Below, in pieces: positions 1 to 12,246 of a stretch of 64,000 nt of DNA. Below the pieces are notes generated by a model. The model did not search any database. It had not been told where the DNA came from and saw only the letters and a list, made by a program, of their open reading frames with translations. The stretch comes from Oculina patagonica (Eukaryota): the NCBI RefSeq assembly GCF_052425735.1, contig NC_135761.1, forward strand, positions 43,152,001 through 43,216,000, written 5' to 3'. Positions within the stretch are counted from its first letter, which is position 1. Each line of letters opens with the position of its first letter. A program made the position numbers and the translations under genes.

Positions 1-1192
1 TAACTGAAACAAGAAACTATTTTTGCGCTTTCTTACGACAAAATGGCTGAAAACCTAACGGGGAAGCAAATTCTAAGTCTTCCCAGCTAGATGAAAAGAA
101 TCAAGGCGGCAAAGTGAATGTAAGTTGGTCGAGCGAAACTCACTCAGTTCAGGCATTGCACAATTAATGTTAACACTTGCAAATGACGACTAACCCGGCT
201 CTTCAAGCGAACTATAGAGCATAGTTTGTTTTGAGTAATTTTGCGGTTTTCTGGCGAGTTTTGTAACCTTCAGTCAATCAGAAAGAAACGCCGAGTTTTC
301 TGGTAACGTCTCGCGTTTCACCGTTGGTTATTAATTCATTAACAGTGACAGCACCGAGACAATGATAAAAAACGATAGCCATATTAGCAGCATTGTGTAA
401 CGATCGTTTGAAGCGGCGTAGCATGTAATATATTTCAACAAGAAATATATCGCACAATCGCGGCCCAAAATACATCGAATTATTTTGCATGTTTTTGCTC
501 ACTGGTCATTTTTTATGACATGAAATGAAATGCGTTGTCCTACGAAGCTGTATTTTAAACGACTTAATTTATGTTGCGCCTTTAATAAAGTCAATTTCCT
601 TGGCCACATAGAGTGGAGAAAGTAATTTCAAATTGAAAGCAATAAAAAAGTTATTAACAGTACATAGAAAATGTTTTCCTTGTTGACATAAAGTTATGAC
701 AACGCCGGTGGATGTTAAGAAATTAGTGATTGAGAGGCGGATTTTAGTAAGGGAGGCGATTTTGGTCGAGTGAATAAATTACACGTAACGTTCTACTGTA
801 AAATATATATAAAGTAATTGTAATCTTTCTTATTAAGTGGTGCACCTTTGGATTAAAAAGACAACGTCTAAAAACCATTTACAATACTGCGATATTACAA
901 ATGAGATAAAGGTCGGTTACAGCAATTCTAACTCTTAACAAAACTACGATTTTCTACGTTTTGTTGTTTTTTCTATTAAACTTTCATATTGGATGTCAGT
1001 TACGTACTTTAACGTACTGTCGGTGCCAGCGCTATTGAAATCTTTCGTCAGGATGTGTTGTTTGGAATTAAAAAACAATAAAGCAGTTGAACTTACAGTA
1101 AAGAGATTTTTTTCGTATGTTCTTACTCTCAGACTTCACATATATCCTTTTTTAATTTGAAGTCGAATGGAAAGTCTCCCATGATTATATCT

Positions 1193-2332
1193 CTACAGGG
1201 CAGTATCTAATGTTTCTTGAACGTTTTCTCTGCCCTTAGAAGCTTCTTGACAGTTTTCTCCTGAAGATTTTTGCATTCCTTTAGATGTTATTTGCTCGCG
1301 TTTCGTCCTCTTATTGTTTCGCAATCCGCCGCCGCAAAAAAACGCAATGCTTCTCAATGCACGACGATAACTTTCAACAAATGTCAGACATATTATTGGA
1401 TTGACGGTAGAAGATAACATAATCGAAATCTGTGCTAAAAAATAGAACACTCTGTAAAAGGAACAAGAAGGCCTCCAGTAGTAAAAGAAATGTAGCAAGG
1501 TTTGCGGAATAACACAAATGTAAAACAGCACTACGACAACAACCGCCACTTCAATAGCTTTTCGTCTTTTCTTCGAAGAATTTCGTTGTGCATTAGGCGT
1601 GGTTTCCGCGAGGGCTTTGTTTTGCCTTCTTAAGACTACAGCTATTGTAGTGTACATGACGGTTATAATAAACATCGGAGCAATAAAAACGAAAGTTATT
1701 TGAACCCAAGCATATGCCTCGATAAGCTCGGGATTAATGTGAACTATTCCTATGCCCGCGTCAGCGCAAAATGTTTCATTGCCACTCATAACAAGTCCCG
1801 TACTTATAAGTGATGGAGAACTCAACAAACCAGCGAAAGTCCAGGTGAACACGATGGCTATTGTGCGAATCCGGGTTGAAATAATCCCAAGTTTTATTGG
1901 GAAAACGATGGCGACAAATCTATCAATTGCTATCCACACTAAGCTTTGAGTAGAAACAAAAAGGGACACTAAGCTTCCAAAGTAGAGAAACTTGCACAAA
2001 ATCGTTCCTAAGATTCCACGGACACGCCAATGCTTTGAGTCGGTTACCAATTCAGTTATATTAACAGGCAATACAATCAGCGGGAAAACCAAATCCGACA
2101 CGGCCATGTTTACGATGAAACAGTTAACTGTTTTTCGTAAATCTCGGTGTTTGTAGACAATGATGATTATGAAGGTGTTCCCAAGAAAACTGCCCAGCAA
2201 AACTAAGCAATACGCCGAAAGTTTTGATATTTTCCATGCAGTCGAATCAACAGAAATACACGTGGAGTTTTCTTGCCCCAGTGAAGTTTCGTTGCCAATT
2301 GCTGGGATTGTGGTGTAGTTTCTCAATGACAT
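1193..2332 (-). CDS. Intronless class A (rhodopsin-like) GPCR, neuropeptide-receptor-like orphan, 379 aa (GPCR-A, intact copy)
   Basis: Seven hydrophobic segments; GN in TM1, NMAVSDL in TM2, C..DRF at TM3, CVIP in TM6, NPIIC in TM7; N-terminal N-glycosylation sequons (NYT, NET, NST). Confidence 0.93.
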   Translation of the reverse strand: MSLRNYTTIPAIGNETSLGQENSTCISVDSTAWKISKLSAYCLVLLGSFLGNTFIIIIVYKHRDLRKTVNCFIVNMAVSDLVFPLIVLPVNITELVTDSKHWRVRGILGTILCKFLYFGSLVSLFVSTQSLVWIAIDRFVAIVFPIKLGIISTRIRTIAIVFTWTFAGLLSSPSLISTGLVMSGNETFCADAGIGIVHINPELIEAYAWVQITFVFIAPMFIITVMYTTIAVVLRRQNKALAETTPNAQRNSSKKRRKAIEVAVVVVVLFYICVIPQTLLHFFYYWRPSCSFYRVFYFLAQISIMLSSTVNPIICLTFVESYRRALRSIAFFCGGGLRNNKRTKREQITSKGMQKSSGENCQEASKGRENVQETLDTAL

Positions 2333-3402
2333 TATCTGCTGCTTTACTTTCCAGTCGTATCGTCAATGCAAGCGCTTTTGAAGCACAATTTTTTATGAAT
2401 ACAAAGGAATAATCTTTAAAGGAAATAAACTTCAATTTCGCTGGTTTCACATAAGTCAAGAATATTTTTTATAAATGTCATTTCTCCTTTGTTCATGTTT
2501 AAAAAGAGTAATCAGTGATAGTTTTCCTTCCGTGTACAAACTACCGGAATTACAAAAGATAATAAAGACTTTACTAGTATGAAACGCAGCCATTGGTAAA
2601 TATCGCATTGGAGTTAATATGTGCCAGTAAATCCTTTCAAGACCTTTCAATAGAAATTATCTAAATGAGTGAACACTTTTTCATTAAAATTTAATGCGTT
2701 TTCTTCAAAATGTAATTTACTTCAGATGGAATGAAAAATGTCAGTTAAAAAGTATTATTCCCATTGCTGTAGGGCGCCGTTTGTACAAAAGACCTTTTAT
2801 TAAACTTTTGGAGACAAGTCATTTCCTTGGCCTCATGGAGGGAAGTGATTTTAAATTAAACCTTAATAGAAAATGTCAGCTGGGTTCAGCTTTATTTATA
2901 ATAGCGAGGAGTGATCACAGTAAACCCGATCTTACAATTAGTAAACCAGGATTTGCTCTCTGGCTTTTTCTTTTTTTGTTATGTACGTTTTTTTTGTTGG
3001 GGGGGGGGGGGATGGGTGGGGGTGGCGCGATGAGGGGTTGAGATTGGTCAAAATGAGTCAGCCTTGATAGTTGACTCGGGAGATAGCATTCTCGAGGTTG
3101 CTTTTAAGCAGTCTTTAGAAACAGCAAGAAGATAATTATTAAACATAGAATTACGGACAAGTGAGCAAGCAATACCACAGCTGAAAGAAACATTGGAGCA
3201 GTTCATAAAGCACCTTTAAAATCGTTCTCGATTCTCTAACTTGTATTTGCCTCGCAATCTTGGCTCGAACATCTTTCGTAATATTGAAACGGTACTAAAT
3301 GTAAACATAATTCGCTGTACTTACATTTCCAAACATTTATTAGCGAAAATGTGGTGTCCATTAGCCTTTCCTGTCCTATTTAAATGTATCATTAATATAT
3401 CA

Positions 3403-4065
3403 TCACAAAACAGTATCCAATGTTCCTTCGTAGTTTCCTATAACCTGGGAAGTTCGTCGACAGTTTTCTCCAGGAAAATATTTTATCTTTTTTAGAGTAA
3501 TTTGTTCTTGCCATTTTACCATCTTTTTGTTTCGTGTTCTCAAGCAGGGATGTAAAATGTTTCTCAATCCATGACGATAACTTTCAACAAATGACAGGCA
3601 TACTATTGGATTGATAGTAGATGATGAGCAAAACATAAAAACCGCTAAAACGTTAAACCATCTCTGAAAGGCACAAGAAGTTCTCCAGTAGGGTACAAAA
3701 TATAGTAAAATGTGTGGAATAACACAAACGTAAATAGCAATACGATGACAACCGTGATTTTAGTAGCTTGTCTTCGTTTCTTTAGAGAATGTCGTTGTAC
3801 ATTTGGTGTGATGTCCCCTAAGGCTTTATTCTGCCTCTTTAAAGCAAATGCTATCGCAGTGTTCAGAAAGGTTATTATAAATAACGGCGCAATAAAGCGG
3901 AGAGTGATATGAAGCCAGAAATATCTAACGCCAGCTTTCTGACTAGTAAAAGCTGACTCTATGTGCACTATACTTCAAAACGTGTGGTTGCCATGTTTAG
4001 CAAGGCCCCGAGTTATCAGTGTTGGAAATAGAAAACGATTCCAATAATCCATATACAAGCTATGG
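3403..4065 (-). pseudogene. GPCR-B pseudogene, 5'-truncated (TM4 to C-terminus)
   Basis: Paralogous to 42619-43756. In-frame TGA in NHTF*SIVHIES (~3975) and a frameshift near 3730. INPIVC and the ...TLDTVL end are retained; the N-terminal half is missing. Confidence 0.88.
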
Positions 4066-7000
4066 TTGTTATTTTGATTTTCCTAAGCGAAGGAATAGTT
4101 CCAACGCTGTGGCATGCCATTTATGATATTAAAACCAAAAAGTTTCGGAACTCTATAGGTTTTAATATTTCGGCTTTTACTGTTCATGTAAGTAACGGAT
4201 ATGAAGACTGCAGAAACAACGATTCGAATGAACTGCCGAGTGAACAGCCAAACATGTGCATAAGCACCTGAAAGGTCTGAACAAACTGACTGAGCAGACG
4301 AAGGTCGAAAGTGCAGAAAACCATCCATAAGACTGACTGACTAGAGAGTTTACAGACTAGATGGTAAAGAAAAGTCCTAATAGTTATGTTTGTGTAAGTA
4401 ACAGACTCAATGACTGGCTATGGTGGTTTACTTAGTAGTGATCTGTTGTCTTTATTTAAATTTATCGCTTAGATAAATTACTATTTTAGTTTAATTAAGG
4501 AATTTATAATAGTGAGCTCACTAGTAAGTTTTCTTTGATCGGAGTAGATTGTCATGAAAGCTCAGAAAGTCTGCCATTCTCGTCAGGGGCACAGTGACAG
4601 ACCCTTTAGAGAGATAATTAATTCGCGAACAGTAAAGCTAGAAAACAGGATAAGCGCGCGCGGGAATACGTTACATTGATCTCTTTTCCGTATTGTAACG
4701 TACCGTTAACTAAAAGCTAAATCAGGGTAAATCTCTCTAAAACCACGTTTCAAACTGTGGTACCACAGCTGGCCCTACGTGGCTGAGCTAACTGTTTACA
4801 ATCTATACCGATGAAACGTTTACAAAAAGTTTAAAACCGGCAAAAATCTAATGACCTAAGTTAGGAAAGTTCGTTGGATGTGTTTAACAATTGATGATGA
4901 GATTACTTTACTAAAATTGCCGTAAACTAAATAAGCTTTCGCAGTTATGTTTTAAACATTGTCATTAGGATTCAATTACGGTAAATTAAATCTCTTAAAA
5001 ACCAAAATAATTTACTCACCATCGGAAAAAGCTGAGCGCTTGGCACGGAACAAACTCGCTTGGTCGTTTTCATTTGTTAGCTCGCGACGGTTTGTTGTAC
5101 ACGCGTACTTTAAATTTGAACGCTCGCATCATCCGTGCGCGTGCAATCTGGGCACCAAAACGAGTGGGTATTAGCATTACGCGCGGTTAAATTAAGTGTG
5201 GGAAAAGTTTTGACGTCTCTGGATAAATCCTTGATATATAAAAAAAAAAAAAAAAATTGTACGAAATTCGGCTACGTTACTTGACGACTGGCTATTGGGT
5301 TTTACTTGGTAGTAACAGGTTGTCTTTACGCCCGTAGAAATCGTTGAAATGTAAGTCGAGCTTCCATTTTTAAGCACGATTTATTCTCTTTCAGTTGAAC
5401 TGCACTGCATTTATATCTAATCTTTGTTTATTTCTGATGGTGTGAGGTATGTCTGCGAGGCCAGTTGATGAAACTCCTCGTCCTGACGAGTCCCTCAAAA
5501 TGGCTGCAAACATGAAGATCTTCGAAATTGGGCAGGTTTACACAGCTGTAAATATTTCATTAAGACGATACCAAAAGGTTTTTTTCAATAGGAACATTTT
5601 CTATTACATCTACTTTTCGGCTGCGTTGGTTTGATTGAAGTAGACCGCCTCACTTTTTCAAAAATAAAGTTTGAATCTGAGCCGTTTTCAAGTGTTTCAT
5701 CAAGGTGTGTGATGGGGGTGTCATTAATGTTTTGCTGCCAGCTTGATTCGAGCTCAATGTTCGTGAAAGTTGGTGTGATAAATTAAAAAGACATAATTTA
5801 ACAGGCTGTAGTGTTTGTTTGGTACAGAAGTTGTTAGTTCTTTTTTAATTAATTTTCAAAGTTGTGGTAAATTTAAGCCTTGACAGTGGTCGTTACAAGT
5901 GCTCGTTCGGGTGAACCGACAATCCTTAAAAACTCGAAAAAAATTAATGATCCGGTCAAGTGAATTGTGTTTTTAGTATAAGTACATGAAAGTCTTGCAA
6001 CACACTACAAAAGAGCGAAATCTATTTAACAAGCCAGATCGGGCAGACCACTATTACAGATACAGCCTCTTAATATTTCATTTGTGTTAATTTTCGTCTT
6101 CTGCATTATTCAAATTTATTTTTAAGTTCAGGGTAGAACTGTTCAAGTAGTTTGCTCGAGTAAACGCGGCTTTAGACATAAGAAATAGAAAATGTCAAGT
6201 CAAAATGTATACGAAGCCATTTTTTAAAAAAGAACGTCTTATAATTGTTTTTGTCTTCACAAAAAATCAGTTGTCTTGACCACATAGACCGAAGGAAGTA
6301 ATTTCAAATTGAAAGCAATAAAAAGATATTAAAATTACATAGAAAACGTTTTCCTTGTTGGCATAAAGTGTACAACTTATCGAGTCAAGTCCATCTTTTT
6401 TCCTGTCATCGGTCAGTAAATTCGGATTTAGAAGAAAGGGAAACTGAATAACCGGGGAGCTCTGCTTTTTTGCTTGGGTAAATCTATTAAATCTTTATTA
6501 TCACTCGTTTGTGGTCCTTTCCTTGCTGATAGCACCCAAATAATATTGTAGGGAACAAACAAATGATCAGATTTAATGAAGGTAAAATTGCTACCCTGAG
6601 GGGTGGTTAATGCTTCAACAAAATACGGACATACTTAGTGGTTATTGGTATGTCAAAGGCCATGGTTTTTCAGGTTTTCAGTCAAACCCCAAAAGGGCAA
6701 CTTTTTTTGCGCTTTTTGTATTGATACCGGGCCGATCCTTACGTAAGGTTATTTAAACTATGTTATCTAAAATTGTAGTACTTAAACGCCCAACCAAACA
6801 AAAACAGATTTGTCTAGTATAATGTGGTAGATGCTTAACTTTCAATGTTACAGAAATGAGATAAAGAAGACCTGTTGACAATGTTCTTGGTTGTAGTTTT
6901 TCCCTTGAGTAGGGTGTCGGTTTTCGAGTTTGGGTCCAAAGCACTAGTGTTTGTTTCCAATTATAAGGTGTATCGTGATTTTGTCCTAAAAGCTGTACTA

Positions 7001-10000
7001 ACATTTGAAATACCCTTTTGTTAGTTTGTCTTTTGTCAGACAACACGTTCGTCTTTAATAATTAATTTTCCATTTTGTTCGTGGCTTTTATCGTAATTCA
7101 CATGTGGTAAGTAATGATTAAGATGCATGTTCAATAATTATTTTGTTTTACTTTAATCTGCAGCGTTTTAAAAAATTGATCACAAACACTAATTTCTACA
7201 CCATATTTTATTAATACCCTCTATCATAATTCGCATGTGGTATGTGCTGACTGACATGCATGTTTTATTCCACATATCATTTAGCATTAAACGCCCTTGA
7301 ACGGAAGGTTCAGACCTTCTTTCGACAATGAAGATCCAAAAGCCTAATTTTCCGGTAAGTTTATCCTTAAAATCTTTTTTTTTTTCAACGCAGACTTGAG
7401 TTCTAAAGAAGAACGAACAGGTTTGTAGAAATTTATAATAAATATTTATACGGACACGGTTTGAAACGAAAAACATTAAAAAGAACCGGCCTAAAAATGT
7501 TGAACGTTATGCAAGTGATGCTATCGATGCATTTACTGGAATTGTGTAAAGAGTTTAATTAATATTCGTGTAAAATTTCGTGTTCTGACATATTCAAATC
7601 GGTGTCAAAAAGGTGGGCTTATTCAATGTTGAGAGTCGTCTCTTTGTTTTGAGAAAAATAATGAGTTTTAGTACAGATGGATTGAAATAATAAATAATAA
7701 GTGGCTTTTTCCTTTCGAGTTTGGGTGGCCCACTAAGCCAAGTATAACATGTCTTTTTGCCTTTATTAACTGTACCTTACCAAATCGTGATATTCATCGT
7801 GAAAATAAATCTATTTGCCTTGATTTCCATTGATTCTGCAAAGAAGGGTCAACAACGTAAATCGCAATCTCACACGTGGCATCGGTATCTTCAGCTTATG
7901 TCCTCGTCCGACGATTTTCCCAAAAAGCAACAAGAAGCAGGATCTTCTGAACTGCTTAGTTACCCGGTATGCATTGTGACAAGTTAATTACAGACACACC
8001 GGACATTTTGGGAATTTTGAGTGTGTGAATACCCCCGGTGAGAAAAGTATGCACTTAGCTTGGAGTAAGATGAGTTCTCACGTTTGAAAACGCTCCGCCT
8101 GGAATTTAGCCTCGGCTTTCGGTGAAAAAATAATACATGTATATATATGTTTTTACATTCTTGTTTCGCAACAACTTGCAGTTTCTTCGGGAATCCCCCG
8201 GTGGGAACTAAACGTTTTCGATCATTCAGATCATCATCGTTGTGTCTTGTGACTATTAGTATTTTATGAAACTGTCGTTAATATATGTAATGATGAGATA
8301 CAGCGATTCTCTTGATAGTAAATAGCGAATCATCAGCAAGGTTGCTTGAAACTTTTTTTTTAATATTAAAGTCGAGCCTTCGTCTGAAACAGCTTAAAAA
8401 AATCGCAGCTGTCAGAGGCTAACAAATTGTTTGAACTCATTAAGCTCTGTGCGTGTGGAAAGATTTATAAAGCCCACGATTAAATACAGACCAAACGGAG
8501 GTTTTTTTTTAGATTTTGCAACTACAAAACCACAATTATTCGAAAGAAATATTACACAAATTTTATACGCCCCTCAAAGAGAGCAAACGCTTGTCGTGTT
8601 TAACCACCAAAACTTTTTCTGGTGTTTTCGTGTTCAAAAATTAATTTTCCATTTTAACCTCCAGGGTTGATTACAAAAAGTCAATACATTTCGAATTAAT
8701 TCTTATTAATCTCCCTATCGTAATTTGCTTTTTATAAGTGCTCATTGATATGCATGTTTTGTTCAACATATTATTTAGCATCAAACACTATCGAACGATA
8801 GGTTGTGACCTTCTCTCGACAATGAAAATTCAGCAGAAAAATCCTTTGGTAAGTGTCTCCTTAAAATGTTTCTTTAAACGTTGACTTGAATACTAAAAAA
8901 AAACGAAACGATTTTGGTATGAAAAATGCAAAAAAGCGACTTAAAACGTTATGCAAATGATGATATCGATTCCTTCACTAGAATTGCAACGCTCTATGAT
9001 ATTTTGCTAATGTAGAATTTCTCTGATATCTGCGTTAATTTTCGTGTTTTGTCATATTCAAATTTGTGTGAAAAAGGTGGCTTTTTCCAATGTTGAGACT
9101 CGTCTTCGTTTTTATTCTATCTCAATCCGAGCAACCTATCACGTCTCCGGACTGATATATCACAGGTTTGTCCTCAGCTTTAAATGAATACACACTTTTT
9201 TTTCGCAACACCTTGCATTTTTTTCATTCAAACGCTCTTGTTGTATCACAAAGAAAACGAAGCTTAAACGTCCCCGACACAATCGTTTGGTGCTGATTTA
9301 GAATTGAAGTTTAAGTATTTACTTTGCATCTGCTTTTGTGTAATGTACTTCACTTTTATGCCCTTTTTGTGGTGGTTGTGCCTTCATAAGATCAGAGGTG
9401 TCTTAACGGTATATGTAACTTTCCCGAGACTTCGCTCTGACATGACTTTATGCACGTATAATGTACTAAGGAATGGAATATGCAGGTAAAAAATGGTAGA
9501 GATCAGTGTTTTATCTACTCTTGCGAAGATCTGTTCAGGACGCTCAAACAAATTGCATTAGATAGTCGTTTTAACAGTCACTGGAAAACAACAAAAAATA
9601 TTCTTGGTAGTTTTAGAATTTATCTTGTGGTTTGTTAAAGTTTTGCAGTTAAACACGGCCGTTTTCTAGAAACGTAAACAAAGTATGTTATGCTGAAAAA
9701 ATTAGTTGCGCATTTATGTCTGGTGATTTGCAAGCATAGAACTCTCTTCAACCCTTTGAACTTGACTCTTAATGTAAACATTTTGGGATTAAAACAATGT
9801 ACACTTTGTTTAAATTTTACTGTTTCACCTCTCCCTTTTTCAAGCGTTCGATGGGAAAATGCTTTAAAAAATTCCAGCTGTTGCAGGCTAGCAAATTGTT
9901 TGCATTTGTAGAAAGATTAATTAAGCCACGATTACAGACAGACGAAACAGCAGACGTTTCTTTTGATATTGCGACTTCAAACCTGCCATTATTTGCAAGA

Positions 10001-10222
10001 AATAGTCAGAAATTAGGCCCCTCAAAGACATCAAATGCTAGCCATGGCGAGTAATAAACCTTGTAAAGTAAAAACAAAAACTTACTTTGAAATGATTACA
10101 AATTAACAGACAGCAGGGCTGTTAGCCTGTGTTAACAAACTATCATCATTAAAACTCATCAAGTGATACCAACAGACAATGATCTTATCCATTTCTGGTA
10201 TTTTCCTACATTTCTTCAACCC

Positions 10223-10636
10223 AATTCTTTAAACGATATAGCTTTCGAAACTGGCAGTAGTTTTTTTTCTTTCCTCGCAAACGGTAGTAGCGAGCCTGTG
10301 ACAGAATGTTTGCATTGCCAGGCTCCATAAACTTCGAGACCGTGACCTAAAGGTTATAATTATTCACAAAAATGATTTTAGAAATTACACTTTTCACCGA
10401 CGTCAAACGCTTACCGCGGCAGGTAAATTAATTCTTTAAACGATATAGCTTTTGAAACTGGCAGAAGTTTTTTTCTTTCGTCGCAAACGGTAGTAGCGAG
10501 GCTGTGGCAGAATTTTTGCATTGCCAGGCTCCATAAACTTCGCGACCGTGACCTCAAGACTAGAATTATTCACAAAAATAATTTTAGAAATTACACTACT
10601 CACAGACGCCAAACGCTAACCGCGGCAGGTAAATTA
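10223..10636. repeat. Direct tandem duplication, two ~207-bp copies
   Basis: aattctttaaacgatatagct...cgcggcaggtaaatta occurs at ~10223-10430 and ~10431-10636. Confidence 0.85.
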
Positions 10637-10799
10637 ACCTTGGCTTGTAAATTAATTGAAAGTGTAGCTGCTGAGGTGCGTAAACAAACTACCATCATAA
10701 AAACTTAACAAGTCACCACAACAAAGAATTATCTAACGAACGTTTTTGTGTGTTTTCCTACGATACCTCAACCCAATTCTTTCAACAATGTAGCGTTCA

Positions 10800-11026
10800 A
10801 AGATTGATACGCAGCCAGGATGAGACATAATAAAAACTACAGTAAAAACGTTCACTGGCTTAAAATATTAAAAACAATATGAGCTTTCGGGTGTCGCTCT
10901 AAGATAAATATGACAGATAAAAATGAATTATTATCTGTCGAAGGCTGTAGAGCGAAAGCTGAAAGCTTATATTCTTTTTTTTAAAATATTCTAAGCCAGT
11001 GAACGTTTTTACTGTAGTTTTTAATA
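10800..11026. mobile_element. Small insertion with ~38-bp inverted repeats and a 9-bp target-site duplication (possible Mutator-type MITE)
   Basis: tagcgttca at 10791-10799 and 11027-11035; inverted pair aaaaactacagtaaaaacgttcactggctt / aagccagtgaacgtttttactgtagttttt; the paralogous site at ~47594 has one tagcgttca (empty site). Confidence 0.6.
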
Positions 11027-12246
11027 TAGCGTTCATAGCTCTGGGGGATGTTTTCTTTCGCCAGCATTTGTTGGAGGCTAATTAAGCCCACGATTAAAAA
11101 CAGGCGAAACAGACGTTTTTTTGATATCGCGTCTTCAAAGCTACAAGTATTTGCAAGAAATCTATCAGAAATTAGGCCCTTTAAAGACATCACACGCTTG
11201 CTGCGACAAGTAGTGAGTCTTGTAAAGTAATTCACAAGACTTTACTTTAGAACTTTATCCCCCCATCTTTATGCCTCCTAGTTGTTTTGTAAATTAACAG
11301 ACAGTCTGCTTAGGGTGTGTTAACAAACCACTAACATAAAAACTTAACAAGTCACCACAACAGATAATGATCTAACGCATGTTGTTTTTTATGGTCTCCC
11401 TTTCGATACCCCAACCCAATTCCTTCACCAATTCACCATCTTTGGCGGAACGTTTTTTTTCGCCGCGCACGGGAGTAGTGAAGCTGCGGCAGAATTTTTG
11501 CTTTTCCTCTTTTGAAACAAAGCACAGGCTCGCAAATTCCCGCCATCTGCACAAGCCATTACTAATTTTGAGTTTATGTGTTGGGACAGCAAGAATATGT
11601 ATCGGTATTTGAAAGAAAGGAGCATTTTCTAACGAGCCTTGGGTATTGTCATGATTTGCTTGCTTATGAGTAAATAATAAAAGCAATCCTCTGAAGTATT
11701 TACACGCTCGAAAAAGAATAAAAACGCACGATAATTTGCGTGGTACGAAATAATGGCCTGGTTTTGTTCTCTTTCTCGTCTGTTGTATATGGAAAACACA
11801 ATCGCGTTAGACTTTTGAGACGTTTTTAGAAGCTGTGCAAAGGAATAGTTTAGCCTTGCAATGATCTAAATACTCAGCTGCCATTACATATATGTGGTAA
11901 TGGGCATGTTATCATTTCTTGGCTTGACAACCACAAATAAACACAATTTCATTTTTTTTACCCACAAGGCTTAAGTTTTTCTTTTCTTGCAATTTGCAAG
12001 AAAAGAAAGCTCAGAGTTTAAGGCATCGTTTTCTCCAGCTTGAAACCTGTACAGCGATTGATATCTTGTGTTTTGTATCCCTGTATAAAATTAACAGGAG
12101 CCTATATAAAAACGATGGATTCCTAATTTGGTGAATCACGATGCAGTCCTTGTACTAAAAATAAGAAACGTACATTGTGTTTACACCCCTGTTAACAAAT
12201 AACGCTATTGTGGCTCCCTGTAACCATTTATTTCATTTATTTTCAG

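Noticed and set aside
4083-4328. Possible exon on the minus strand abutting the truncated GPCR-B
   Set aside because: An acceptor-like site exists, but there is no recognisable product or partner exon.
5460-5500. Hammerhead-like ctgacgagtccc motif
   Set aside because: No downstream stem II partner or GAAA core in the right position.
6753-7046. 97-aa ORF conserved at 45246-45509
   Set aside because: Conservation is explained by the segmental duplication; non-ATG start, different stop and no domain signal.
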